Assembly (NCBI RefSeq): GCF_009914755.1
Contig: NC_060945.1
Direction: 5' to 3' (one strand)
DNA length: 64,000 nt
Source of the DNA: the human T2T-CHM13v2.0 reference genome, Homo sapiens
Each line of letters begins with the position of its first letter. The stretch's first letter is position 1. Shown piece by piece: positions 1 to 18,948 of this stretch. Made by a program: the position numbers and the translations under genes. Under the pieces are notes generated by a model. The model saw only the letters and a program-made list of their open reading frames with translations, did no database searches and was not told the DNA's origin.

Positions 1-129
1 TAAATCAAGGATGCAGGTTGAAATCTTTACAGTAATTACTAAAAACATAGAAAAACAGTATATGACTTCCAAGGTAATGACAGACGGTGAGAAGGAAAGA
101 ATTATATTATTAAAATTCAATCAAATGAA

Positions 130-1818
130 AACAGAATGTCAGTAGGAAAACAGAAGAGTTAAATAGATGTACATAGAACACTGTTCTCAACAATGCATAA
201 TACATGTTCTTTTCAAATGTACAGAAAACATTTGACAATATCGACCAAATTCTGGGCCATTAAGCAAGTCTAAACAAATTTCAAAGAACTAAAAAAGAAA
301 AAAATACATAGTATGTTCTGTGTCCACCACACAATATAATCAGAAATCAAAAATTTAAAGATAAATACAAAATTCTCATATGTTTGGAAATAAGGAAGTA
401 TATTTCTACATAACTCATGGGTCAAAAAAAAAAACAAGCACAAAGTTGGAACATAGTTTGAACTGAGTAAAATAAAAACACTAAAAATAAAAATTTATGG
501 GACGAAACTAAAGCAATTCTTAGAGGAAAACTTGTAGCCTTAAATGGTAAATAGAAAAGATAGTGGTTGACACTCTAAGAATTATCCATGTCAAGAAGTC
601 AGGAAAAGAACAAATTAACCCAAGGAGTACAGAAGAAAGTACTAAATATAATAGTAATTGATGAAATAAAAAATAAGTAAAAAATAGAGACCACAAATAG
701 GCCAAAAACTTGGTTCTTTTAAAAGACTAGTAAAATTGATAAATCCGTGGTAAGACTACTCAGAAGAAAAAAGGGGAGAAGGCACCAAGAAAGCAATGTC
801 AGGAATAAAAAAGGGAACATCTCTGCAGACACTAAAATGGTAAAATGATATTGTGAACAATTTGATGTCAAGACAATTTGCAAAGTTAGATTAAATGGAC
901 AAATGCTGGGAAAACTATAATCTACCAAAATGGGCAAAAGAAATAAAATTATAAAAACATTCTATATAGGGAATTGAGCCATAATTTAAAGACTTCTCTC
1001 CAGAGAAAACTCTAGGCCAATGTGCGTTCACTGGTGAATTTCACTTTACACTTAAGAAGGAAAAAAATCAGCATGCATAAATTTACCCAGAGAATAAAAA
1101 CAGAGAAAATGAAATTTAACTCATTTTACGAAGCCAAGATTTGAAAAAACTATGAGAAAGGAAAATTATAACCAATTGCCCAGAAGACATGAATTTGAAA
1201 ATCCTAAACAAAATATTAACGGACAGAATCCGGCAATTTAATAATAAAATAATTTAATAAGTATTTAACAAAATAATACAGCACAACTAAATTACATTTA
1301 TTCCAGAAACATGTTGGTTTACCACTTAATCAATGCAATTAACCACATTTATTTATAGGATAAAGTAGAAAAATTATCATCTCAAAGATTCAGAAAAATC
1401 TTTAAGAATTCAACATCCATTCATGATTTAAAAAAAAAAACTCTTAGCAAGCTAAACGAATTTCTTTTTTCTTTCTTTCTTTTTTTTTTTTTTTGTTTCA
1501 TTTTTTGAGACAGAGTCTTACTCTGTCATCCAGGTTGGAGAGCAGTGGTGCGATCTTGGCTCACTGGAACCTCTGCCTCCTGGTTTCAAGTGATTCTCGT
1601 GCCTCAGCCGGAGTAGCTGGCATTACAGGCATGTGCCACCGCACCTCGCAAATTTTTGTATTTTTTAGTAGAGACAGGGTTTCACCATGTTGCCTAGGCT
1701 GGTCTTAAACTCCTGGCCTCAAGTGATCTGCCCCCACTGGGCCTCCCAAAGTGCTGGGATTACAGGTGTAAGCCAAGGCGCCCAGCCAAGGAATTTCTTA
1801 ATCGATAAATGGTCACTA

Positions 1819-1858
<40 letters not shown>

Positions 1859-3690
1859 GTAAAGCATTTGGAGAGATGTTGAAAGCTTTTCCTTTGATAA
1901 TGGAACTGTATGTTGATGGCTGCTATGGCCACTTCTAATTCTACACTGTACTGAATGTTCTAGCCAGTGCTAGGGGAGATGAATGACTGAAATGGAAAAA
2001 ATATAATTTATTATTTTCATATGATGTAATCGTGTACCATAAAATCCAAAAGAATCTATAGATAAATTAGTAGAACTAATAAGTGAGTTTAGGCTGGGCA
2101 CGGTGGCTCAGACCTGCAGTCCCAGCACTTTGGGAGGTGGAGGCTGAGGCTGGCAGATCACTTGAGCACAGAAGTTTGAGACCAACCTGGGCAACATAGC
2201 GAAACCCCATCTCTACAAAAAAATGAAAAAATTAGCTAGGCATGGTGGCACCTGCCTGCAGTGCTAGCTACTCAAGAGGCTGATATAGGAGGATCACCTG
2301 AGCCCAGGGAGGTTGAGGCTGTAGTGAGCCATGATCATGCCACTGCATTCCAGCCTGGGTGACAGAATGAGACTGCCTCAAAAAAAAAAAAAAAAAAAGT
2401 GAGTTTAGGAAAGTTGCTAACTGCAAGATTAATAAATAAAATGAACTGCATTTAAAACAACAAAAAACATTTAGAAAATAAACATTTTAAAGGGATATCA
2501 TTTAAATAACCACAAAAAAAATCTAAGAATAAATCTCACCAAAAATATGCACGCTTTCTATACAGAAAATGAGAAAGCATTATAAAGAGAAATTGAAGAG
2601 GACCTAACTAAATGAGAGAATACCTCTGTTCATGGGTTGGATGAGTCAATATTGTAAAGATTCAATTCTCCCCAGTCTATAAATTCAATGCAATTCCAAA
2701 CAAATTTCTACCCAGTGTTTGTAATTTGACTAGTTGATTCCCAAATTTATATGGAAATATAGATGACCTAAAATACCCAAACAATTGTGAAGAAAAAGAA
2801 GAAGATGATGAGGACATATTAGAAAGCTACAGTAAGATAGTTGTGCTATTGGCACACAGATGAAAAATCAATGAACAGAAGAGAAATGTCAGAAACAGAT
2901 TCATGTTCCTCAGGGTAGTAAAGAAATGAAAATCTTCTGAACCAGTGTGCTGGAATAACTGGATAGCCATACATGAAAAAAGATGAAACCTGACGCCTTC
3001 CTCACACCACACACATAGATCAATTTTAAAAGGAATGAACCTTCTCGAAGAAAATACAGTAGTAAAATGTCCTTTAAACTCAAGGAAAATTTTCTTAATC
3101 AGGACACAAAAACACAAACTTTATAAAGGGAAAGCATGATACATATGACGGTAATACAACTAAGAACTTCTGTTAACCAAAAGCTACTCCTGAGAGACAG
3201 AAAAGGCAAATCACAGAGCAGAAAAGCTTTCTTGAAATACATTTATGACCAATAACAGAATTGAAATCAGAATACACAAAGAACTACAATCGGGAGAAAA
3301 AAAGATGAATAATCCAGGAGAAAAATGGTTAAGAAAATTAAAAAGTTACTTTACAAAAAAGGATATCCACATACTTAATAATCTTAAAAAAAACTTCCTC
3401 AATCTTATTAATTACAGAAATGCAAATGATCACCACCATAAGATGCCATCACACAAACACCCAAAGGCTAAAGATAAAAATACTCAGAATTGCAAGTATT
3501 GGGGAAGATATGGAATGCTTGAAGTCTACAATACCAGTGGAGTAAAAATTGTTACAACTGTTTTAGAAAACAGGTGACATTATCAAGTAAAGTTCAAGAT
3601 TCATTACCCTAAGACAGAACAATTTTATTCTGAGGTATACATTCAACAAAAATGTGGCCACATGTGCAACAAGAAACGTGTATTTTTAAA
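130..3690 (+). mobile_element. old L1M ORF2 fragments interrupted by Alus
   Basis: A-rich decayed endonuclease/RT-region similarity; boundaries approximate. Confidence 0.7.
1820..1856. repeat. (CA)n microsatellite
   Basis: Seen directly. Confidence 0.95.
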
Positions 3691-3824
3691 AGCAGTATTA
3701 TTGGGCTAGGCACGGTGGCTCATGCCTGTAATCCCAGCAATTTGGGAGGCAGAGGCAGGCACATCACTTGAGGTCAGGAATTTGAGACCAGCCTGGACAA
3801 CATGGCAAAACCCCATCTCTACTA

Positions 3825-4067
<243 letters not shown>

Positions 4068-4622
4068 TCAGTCACAATTTGTGCAGGAATGAATATTTGA
4101 AAAGATGTGCAAAGACATGATAAAAAAGTATAAAATATTATTAAAGAATGAACAAGATGAGTCACATGTACAACTCAATATCGCAAAGTTGTCACTTCTC
4201 TCAAGTTAATCTATAAATTCAATGTAGTTCCAATAAAAATCCTAAAAGTGTTTTATTATGGCACTTCACAAAATGATTTTAAAATTGAATGTAATAATAA
4301 AGTTCCAAGAAGAGCAAGACAATTATGCCTTTATCAAACCACATTATAAAGCTACAATAATTACAAAAGTGTGGTAGAGAGAACTTAGGAACAGTTTTGA
4401 AAATTTATAGAAACTTGGTATATTACTGAGAGGGATTACAAATTAATGGAGAACAAAACAGCACGCAATTGATGGTGTTAGGACAATTGGCTATCTATAT
4501 GAAAAAAACACTTCCCCCAACTTCCAATTAGATTAAAGACCCAAATATTGAAAATGGAACTTGAATATTTTTGAAGAAATGTGGAATATCTTTACTACAT
4601 CAGTATAGGGGGGTGAATTTCA

Positions 4623-4874
<252 letters not shown>

Positions 4875-6009
4875 TCAGAGGGGCTGAGATGGGAGGATCG
4901 CTTGAACCCCGGGAGGTTCAGGCTGCAATGAGCCGAGATTGTGCCACTGCACTCCAGCCTGAGTGACACAGCGAGATCATGTCTCAAAACAAAACAAAAA
5001 TTTACAAACTTTTGTACAACAAAATAAATCACGATCAAATTTAAAAGGCAACATGTGGGGAGAATATAATTACAATACTAAGAAAAATTGGCATCCAGAT
5101 TCTTTAAAGAACTTCTATAAATCAATATAAAATATTTTTACTATCACGATACTACTGGTAACCTGCAAGCAGCAACCAACCAGAAGACAGCAAGACTAAT
5201 ATGAATGAACACATAAAAAAGAGGCTGCTCTCGTACATACCAGCTGAATATTAGCCCTCTAAACAACCTTTAACAAAATCAACAAAATATTATGTGAACA
5301 CAGAATAATGTAAACCCTCTCTCAGCACAAAAGAAAAAAAGTCAGATTTGAAATGATTGTTTTCCTTCAAGCAAGGAATTAGCATTAGTTAATAGAAAAC
5401 TGATGCTAACTTCTTTAATAATAACATTTTAGGTTGGACAATGTGAAATGGCCATTTTTAAAGCAAAAGATGGTTAAAAACTGGCAATTTCAAATGATTC
5501 AACCTCTATATTCTTAAGTATGGTACTGTAAATTTCCAGTATATATACAATATTCCAACCTGTAGAGCTAAACACAGAACCTGTATATTAACTAATATAC
5601 AGCTAAACACAGAACCTGTATTTTAACTAATGGGCTTGAAACTAGTCAATAAGACAAAAACTTGATTTTACTGAATTATATAAGTCAGTTGATGGTGCTA
5701 TGTTTTCCTGGAATTTGATATAAAAATTGATTTAGAGCCCACTAAAAATGTAATTATTTATGTTTGTCAAAATTTGTGAAATATGCTTAGATGATTATTT
5801 AAAGCCCAAACCTGAATGAGAGAAAATCTAACTAAACTTAAATTGGTTGGATTTACAAATGGCTTTTTTCCCCCATTTTCACCCCACCAATGTCAACTTC
5901 TTCGTATCATTACACTATAAAAATTCCAGTATAATTTTTGATATAGCATCTCTGTTGGCTCCCTTAATCTAAAAGGTTCTCACAAAGTTTAAGAACAACC
6001 TTAAATATT

Positions 6010-7770
<1,761 letters not shown>

Positions 7771-8130
7771 GATCAGCCTTAAATAACAGTACTCTGATAT
7801 TCTAAAATTAAAGACTGTTTGTATTTTGAGAGATATAAACTAGCAAACCAAAAATAAAGAAATCCAAATACTAGGAAAACAAGGGAAAATATGCTCAACC
7901 TTCCTTAGTTCTTTTTTCTTACTTTCTTCCCTTCCTTATCCTCTCCCTATCTCCTACCCTTCCTCCTCTCCTCTTTCCTTTCTCCTTCCCTTCTTTCAGT
8001 CTTGGAGCTAATATTTAAAAATGCTAACAATTATTAATACATATTAATAGCAATACGTATCTTGTTCTTGTACTTTATGTATATTTACATGTCTTTAGAA
8101 ATGGAGAAATAAAAAGGAAAATGTTATTAC

Positions 8131-8219
8131 CTGTGCCTCCTTTACAGTGAATCGCTACGATGTTTTCAAGATCTTGAGCCATCCACTCATTTACTTCCTT
8201 GGTGAAAACCACCATCTGA
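8131..8219 (-). CDS. TPTE: TPTE exon [29 protein letters not shown] (start of the CX5R P-loop)
   Basis: aatcag|T...G|gtaata, 89 nt. Confidence 0.95.
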
Positions 8220-8317
8220 CTGATTTCAAGTTTAAGATTTTTAGTTAAAATATTTTCAAAAAATCAAGCCCAATATATTTAGCCCTCTTCTGATAGTCAA
8301 TTTAGCATAAAACTTAC

Positions 8318-8399
8318 TGTAGAGTGGGGACATTATGATCATCAATCATGATTCTAACGACCCTATTATGGAAGTGCTTAGGATCGTAAGCTCTTTCAC
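8318..8399 (-). CDS. TPTE: TPTE exon [27 protein letters not shown](H) (acid loop)
   Basis: ttttag|GT...CA|gtaagt, 82 nt. Confidence 0.95.
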
Positions 8400-9215
8400 C
8401 TAAAATAAATAATATGTATGTCATATCTCTATAGGGAATAACATGATAAATGAGGAAGTTATGAATAAGTTAACATATCTTATTAGAATTCCTTATCTAT
8501 CTTCAAAAAGAGCTTTCCAAGTTGCTCCTGCCACTCTAAAATAAACGCAAGCGTTTCAAAAATATAAGGATGGTAGTGGTTTATCCATCTCATATAACCT
8601 AAACTCAACTTATTTTTGTTTAATAGGTATAATTTTTAACTTTCTAGCAGACTATTCATTATATTATTTCAGGGTAGTTAGAAACCACACAAGGCAAATG
8701 TAGCTGACCAAAATGTTTGCCCCCTGAAAATGTCTATTGAGTATACAGGTAGAGGAAAAAATCAAGAGAGACAGGGTATTAAACTGGGTTACAACCTATT
8801 TTCTACAGTTTTTTGCTTTTTTCCCATCTAGAGCCTTGCTCTCATCACATGCCACTGCTGATGGGTCAGAAGACTCATTTGTTAAATTGTCTATGTCCTC
8901 ATAACACAATCTGGCAAGAAAAACAGAAAGATTTTCCTAAACCTAATATCGCTAGAACAGATCTTCCCTAAAATGGTTTTCTTCCACTCCAGCTTCATTG
9001 GTCCTGCCAAAGCCACATCCTTCATACGGTACTTTGTGCTGCTGGGCTAACTCCTTCTACTAAATGGGGCCAGTCCAAGATGGGGATTTTTAAATTCATT
9101 CCTTGCCACTACCAAATACTTATGATTAAATGCAATCTAAAAAACAAAATCATCTTCTTACGTGCAGTAATCTGTTTTCTATCTACAGTAGCACAATATA
9201 GAGTAATGTACATAC

Positions 9216-9276
9216 TGCATAGATTGTAGACTCGATAGTGGTTTCGGTGTTTCTTATCTAGAAACCGCACAACTTC
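9216..9276 (-). CDS. TPTE: TPTE exon [20 protein letters not shown]
   Basis: tttttag|GAA...A|gtatgt, 61 nt. Confidence 0.95.
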
Positions 9277-9849
9277 CTAAAAAAGACAAACACATATCTT
9301 ACATATTTACATGGCACCAACATAAGCTATTTCCTAGGGGGAACCTAAAATGGTTATTACTTTTATTAATTTGTCTCTCACTAGCATCTTCTAGTGGAGA
9401 TTCAGGGAATAAGAGGGTATGCAAACTTCAAGTTCTAATCCACTGTGATTTTTCAAATAGTCCACAAGTATGTTTGGCTACTCAGATGAGTCTCTATTGT
9501 AAATGCACACTGTTTAAAGCTATCAGATAAGTAAATTAGCTGGTTAACTAACTTTAAGTAATTTGTTCTAAATCATTAATTCACAGTTAATATGGATCTT
9601 GTTTAAATCTAATTCATATTCGTTCTTATTTAATTCTGAATAGATACATCTTTAGAGAGTGATCTGCATATTACAGTCTATCTAAGCACTATGTAAACAA
9701 ATGCAAAAAGCATATAGTATGATTGTGTGTATGTGTGATAGAAAAAGATAAACATATCAAATTTTAAATAACTGGTAACAATATGGAGACTTTTTTGGCT
9801 CATTTGTTCTCTTTATTTTTTTAAATGAAGATATATGTGTACCTATAAA

Positions 9850-9858
<9 letters not shown>

Positions 9859-9899
<41 letters not shown>
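9859..9899. repeat. (TA)n microsatellite
   Basis: Seen directly. Confidence 0.95.
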
Positions 9900-9911
<12 letters not shown>

Positions 9912-10245
9912 AACCTTTAAAATGAAAAACAAATAGTAGTTATAATTTAAAATACAATCAATACCACTATATGAATCCAACTTTCAGTAAATACATCTTT
10001 CTGAAACATACACACACATACGTATATATCTCTGTGCAACAACAAAAATGACACAAAATTTTAAAACTGATTAGTATGGTACCCTCAGAGCAATGTTTAC
10101 TGGCTTAATATTGAGAAAAATAAAATGAAGGTATCAAAGTCATCCATTTATTAAACTGGCTATCTCTGTTAAGAGGAAATAATAAGTCAAAAAGATGAAC
10201 ACTCTGAATCTGCATAGTGGGGGAGGCAAGGATAAATAGTTTTAT

Positions 10246-10514
10246 ATACTTCAGGTGTATCCTCCCCCCAGGTGATGGCTTTGTTCTTATCAATCTCTAT
10301 GTTAAGATAATCCAATGGCCTGACCTGTCTTCCACCTGAAGAGACCATGGAGACTAGGCTCAGTCTTGTGCTTGCTTCCCTTTTCCGCGGTGTGGCACTG
10401 GGCACACTTCTGAACAAAAATTTTCTTGCCTTTCTCAGCATCACCCATATTTAATTCTCTCTTTCATCACTGGCACTACAAAGGTTCCCGCTCAGAAGCC
10501 AGATGTCCCGCTCT
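10246..10514 (-). pseudogene. cytochrome c (CYCS) processed pseudogene, 3'-truncated
   Basis: CYCS-like 5' UTR ...GAGAATTAAAT ATG (ATG at 10448-10446), intronless; [48 protein letters not shown] then frameshifted DKNKAITWGEDT. Confidence 0.93.
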
Positions 10515-12240
10515 ATGTACCATATTTTCTTTATCTAATCTATCATCGACTGGCATTTAGGTTGATTCCATGTCTTTGCTCTTGTGAATACTGCTGCAAT
10601 GAACATATGTGTGCATGCATGTATTTTTATAAGACAATGATTTATATTCCTTTGGGTATATACCCCATAATGGGATTGCTGGGTCTGATGGTATTTCTGC
10701 CTCTAGGTCTTTGAGGAATTGCCACACTGTCTTCCACATGGGTTGAACTAATTTACACACCCACCAACAGCATTTCTTTGTCTCTGCAACCTTCCCAGCA
10801 TGTTATTTTTTGGCTTTTTAATAGTAGCCATTCTGACTGGCATGAGATGGTATCTCATTGTGGTTTTGTTTGCATTTCTTTAATGATCAGTGATGTTGAG
10901 TTTTTTTTTTTCATATTTTTGTTGACTGCATGCATGTCTCTTTTGGGAAGTGTCTGTTCAGATCCTCTGCCCACTTTTTAATGGGGTTGTGTTTTTCTTG
11001 TAAATTTAAGTTCCTCATAGACTCTGAAGGAGATATTACCAGTGAAGGCTGAGAAACAGCAAAGATGGCAGCCAGCTCCTTCCTTTGGAAGCTCCATCCC
11101 AGGGGGATACTGACCTGTATCCAGCCCGCACATACCTGCAAGAGGTGGCTGGAGACCCCTGTTGGGCATTCTCACCCAGTCAGGAGGCATGGGATCAGGG
11201 ACCCATCCAAAAAAGCAGTCTGGCTGCTTTGGGGTAGAGCAGGTGTGCTGCACTGTGGGGGATCCTTCCTCCTCCAGACCACCTGTATTCTCCAAAGCCA
11301 GCAGGTTGGAATGGCTGAGTTGACCAAACTGCAGAGGTGGCAGCTGCCCCTCCCACCAGGAGCTCCATTTCAGGGAGAGATCAAAGCTCTGTCCACAGAA
11401 CCGCTGCTGGAGTGGTTAAAGCCCCTACAGGGATTCCTGCCCAGTGAGGAGGAATTGATTGGGGTCCTGCTTAAAGAGGCAGTCTGGTCATGATCTGGCA
11501 AGCCAGCTGTGCTGTGTCGTGGGGAACTCTTCCTTGTCCAGACTGTCTGTATTCTCCATAGCTGGCAGGCTGGAGTGGCTGAGTCTATGAACCACAGTGA
11601 TGCTGGCTGCCTCTCGCCACCTCCCCGGGAACTCAGACCCATCTGAGGTGGATTCCAACCTGCTGCTGTTGGCAGGCTAGGATTCCAAGCCAGTGGGTCT
11701 TAACTTGTGAGGTGCCAAGGAAACGGGGCCTGCAGAATGATGCTGCCTGGCTCCCTGGATTCAGCCCCCTTCCCAGAGATACGTATGGACAGATTTCCCA
11801 CTGTGCTGAAGATCCCCGGGGCTAGAGTGTGTAAAACTCCTGGGTTTCTGTGTGTGCCTGAGCAGCTGATGTGCCCAGACTCCATACAGGTCTGTGTATC
11901 AGATCCACAGCCCTGGTGGCATGGGCTCACAAGGGGATCTCTTGATCCACGGCTTGCAAAGATCCATGAGAGAAACACGGTTTCCCGGGCAGGACTGCAC
12001 ACTCACTCACTGCTTCCCTTGGCTGGGAGTGGGGGTTCCTTTGGCTCCATGCCGCCCCCGGCTGGGCCATCGCACCCTCTGCCTGCTTATCTTCATTCTC
12101 CATTGGTCGACCTGTTCATCCAGTCAGTCCCAATGTGAGAACCTGGTTATCTCAGTTGAAGGTGCTGAATTCCCTCGCCCCTTTTCATTCCTCTTTGTGA
12201 GCGCGGCAGACTGCAGCTGCTTCTAATTGGCCATCTTGCA
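10515..12240 (-). mobile_element. older primate L1 (L1PA/L1PB-type): 5' UTR joined directly to the ORF2 3' end
   Basis: 5' UTR 11024-12240 (starts ...CAAGATGGCC); ORF2 C-terminal remnant CKLVQPMWKTVWQFLKDL at 10515-11023. Confidence 0.85.
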
Positions 12241-12692
12241 TCACTCTAAACATTTCTTTTTTAGCCCTAGTTCTTAATTCCTATAGCCCTTGGTTTATCA
12301 CTAGTTTCTTGATAAAATAATCCGTCCACGTTCTCTAGTCATGGGATGATGACTCAGGCCAGGTATCCAGGACATTTTCTGGGAAGTAGCTGAACTTGCA
12401 GCCCTGTCCTGTTCAGAACTGAGCTAACACACTGCAGAGAGGTACTCCTTCCACCTCTCGGCAACTGATACCAGCCCTCGATAGTTATATTTTTATTGAG
12501 GTATAATAAGTATTGTAAATTACATAAAATTAAACAATGATCCTTTCAGCTGGCATTTCACAGTAAACAGCATTATATGTTTGAAATTAATTTAGTCATC
12601 CACAGAGCCTAAAGCAATATGCCCCGACTATAATTTAGGATCTCAACCTAAGAAAACACATTTTGGGTTATGGCATCCCCATCTTTCTTCCC

Positions 12693-16050
<3,358 letters not shown>

Positions 16051-16188
16051 ATCAATCCATTATGATTTTTTTTCCTTGAAAGAGTACATTTTTAAAAGAA
16101 TACTGCCATATCTGGGTCAGTATTAAACTTATGACTACACAGTCTACATTCACTAAGAAATGAGTATTTGTCAGATAAAGACCCTTAC

Positions 16189-16253
16189 CTTGATTGGATT
16201 TCTATAGAAAGACTGCCTTCCAGAAGATGGAAATGACATAGCAATAATACGTT
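16189..16253 (-). CDS. TPTE: TPTE exon ERIIAMSFPSSGRQSFYRNPIK
   Basis: ttttag|AA...AAG|gtaagg, 65 nt. Confidence 0.95.
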
Positions 16254-16991
16254 CTAAAAGTCAAAATCATCACTATTACAAACATTATTATAGATTTCAT
16301 ACAACATACAAAAAAATTAATTTATACATGATCAGATTCCATTTTCACAGAAAAAAAACCTTTTAAGATTGAGGTTGACAGAAAAGAGCTAATACTCAGG
16401 ATAATCAAATAACATATTAAATTATCCAACACAATGACCATTAAACTGCCATGGAGTTCTTAAGTCTCCACTAGTTCTAACTGTATGCCATGTATTTATG
16501 ATGGCCTCAGTCTGAAGTTCCCCCTGTTCTTAGAATTTATTTCTTATCTTAAATACCAGAGAAAATCCAAGATTTCTGGGCACCAGTGATGGTGGGAACT
16601 CCCAAGGTGCTTTGCAGCCCTCTGACTCAGAAAACCTGAGATCTACAAAGCACTGACCTCATTCTCTGGGATTCTAGGATAAGAAGAGGTCTCCATGGGA
16701 TCCCTGGGACTCAGAAATAACTACTAGAGGTTAATAAATTGAAACTCAAATGGAGTCAGCTGAAAATCCATTCAAGTTCCTATGCTGCAACTGAGTAGTC
16801 TTGAATTGAGAAGACATGTAGATCTTCCATTGCCAGGGCTAAACCACAAATATGTCACACTATCACAGTAGCATATATCCTCATGAATAAAGAATATTTT
16901 GAATGAATGTGTCTTAGATGAGGCAAAAAAAAATACAATTACAAGAAAAAGTGAAGTAATACAAGTAAATCAACGGTTAAGTGTCACAAAC

Positions 16992-17055
16992 CTGTAACGT
17001 AAGTGAGGTCTAGGTCAAATCCATCCCTTGTGTATCGCCTTTTGTTTTCTGAAAC
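16992..17055 (-). CDS. TPTE: TPTE exon [21 protein letters not shown] (PTEN-like PIP-binding motif)
   Basis: gtcag|GTT...G|gtttgt, 64 nt. Confidence 0.95.
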
Positions 17056-17201
17056 CTGACAGTTTAAAATCGTCATTAGTTTGTGAAACACTCATCAACA
17101 TAAAAATAAAAAACATTATACAGTATAGATATCAACCCTTGTCAATGGGTCCCAAAACACAAAATATTTTTGTGAATCATAAGCATGTTTTGCCCACTTA
17201 C

Positions 17202-17301
17202 CCGCCTTCTTATCAGCTTTTCAAGTTGTCTTTTTTGATGAAACAGATGAAAAATTCTTAACAGAATAATAAGTCGTAGAAGTCGAAGTAAATGTGTCCA
17301 T
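17202..17301 (-). CDS. TPTE: TPTE exon, S4 and linker: [33 protein letters not shown]
   Basis: ttcttag|A...CGG|gtaagt, 100 nt. Confidence 0.95.
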
Positions 17302-17369
17302 CTAAGAATAAATTTAAACGATCCATTTTTGCTTCAGAAACAAAATTTTATCAATATAAACTATGTCTA

Positions 17370-17632
17370 GAGCAGCAGTTGTTAACCAGAGGCAATTTTC
17401 CCTCCTCTCCCCAATTACCTACCTGGGGGATATTTGGCAATGTCTGGAGGCATTTAGGTTTTCACCACTGGCGTGCGTGCATGTGTGTGTGTGTCTGTGT
17501 GTTACTTACATCTAGTGAATAGAGGCCAGGAATTTTGCTAAACACCCTACAATTAATATAACTGCTCACCACCCTCTTATGACAATCATCTGGCCCAAAA
17601 TGTCAGTAATGCTGAGGCTGAGAAATTCTGGT
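17370..17632. mobile_element. MER20 DNA transposon
   Basis: gggatatttggcaatgtctggag ... ggcccaaaatgtcagtaatgctgaggctgagaa. Confidence 0.75.
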
Positions 17633-17889
17633 CTAGAGAAATAGTGATACAATAGACTCTTAGCATCTGTAAATTTAATTTTGGGATTTAAGACTAGCAT
17701 TTTCAATTTTTTCCACATCAAAACAAATCGATTATTCTTGTTCATCTTTGTTATTCCCATGAGTAACAGATGTTCACTACAGCTGCTACTACACATCAGG
17801 GAGGCAACAGATTGAGATACTTCCGAAGTGTGCTAGCTGGAATCTCCCCTACCATCAGAACCACTGAAGCAGAGAACTGATGGTCTGGA

Positions 17890-18080
17890 CTAGTGCTTCT
17901 CTGATTTGGGCACACATCAATAAGAGCCACCTGGAAAAGCTTGTTAAGCTGCAGATTGCTGGGTCCCAGAGATACTGATTCAGTGGGTCCAGGGTGGGGC
18001 CTAAGGTATTTTTCTTCTTATATTTCTAGCAAGCTGTCAAGTGATGCTGACGTTTCTAGTCAGAGGACCACATTGGCTGA
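17890..18080. mobile_element. MER5-like DNA transposon
   Basis: cacctgga...cttgttaa...gcagattgctgggtccc...gggtggggcct...gtgatgctga. Confidence 0.7.
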
Positions 18081-18948
18081 GGTTATTTTCAAATAACTCC
18101 AAAAGCCTATCACTTAACATGCTTTTAGTTGGGGCCTGAGCTGTAGTCCAGGGAAGCTAGGGTACAAAAAGAAATCAGCTATTTGACCCATGAACAAGCT
18201 TAGGAAGCCACCATCTACATCCCAGTATACATTTGCTCTTTCATTTTCCTCCTTGTCACAGTAAAAAAAGAGTCACCAGGGCTTCATATACTCTTTAGTT
18301 TCCCAATCCCACTTCTAACTTTGCCTGCTTTCTTTGTTTCTACCACAACTATACTGCAAAACTCTACTATTGTGTTGCCACGTGTCATCTCCTAGTTTCT
18401 GTTCTGTTTGCTATTTTTTAGAAACTCATGATTGAAGTCACTCTAATTTTGCATATGCTCAAATAAATTCCCTCTTGGCTGTAGGAAAAATCCAGACAGA
18501 ACATTATGTGTAAGGGATTTGTAGTTGAAGCACAGAGGGGAATTGTTTTCAATATAAATTTTTTTGATATAGCAGATATTAAACTGATAAGAATATTATA
18601 CTTGATCTTAGCCAAAAGGCCAAAAAATGATACAAATGGGAATTTGACGAGAACTTCAAAATGTAGAGAAGTTAAAGTTAGTACAAGAGTAAAAGTCCTT
18701 CTTTGGGGTACTGCATCTTCTTTATTCCATTAATGGTACTTAGCCTGTATACTCTTCACCGGTCCCTAAATATCACAATCTTTTAGTTTCAAAGTATGTG
18801 GGAATTTACCTAAACATTTCATTTTAAAGCAATGTATTTGGTATAGAATGAGAACATTTGAAGTTGAAAAGATTATATAGAATAAAAGGCACAGAAAATG
18901 CTAAAATTAATGAAAAACTTTAAGAGAGGTAAGTCTTATGTTTCATAC

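Noticed and set aside
10978-12226. Overlapping ORFs of 90-143 aa
   Set aside because: They come from a GC-rich L1 5' UTR.
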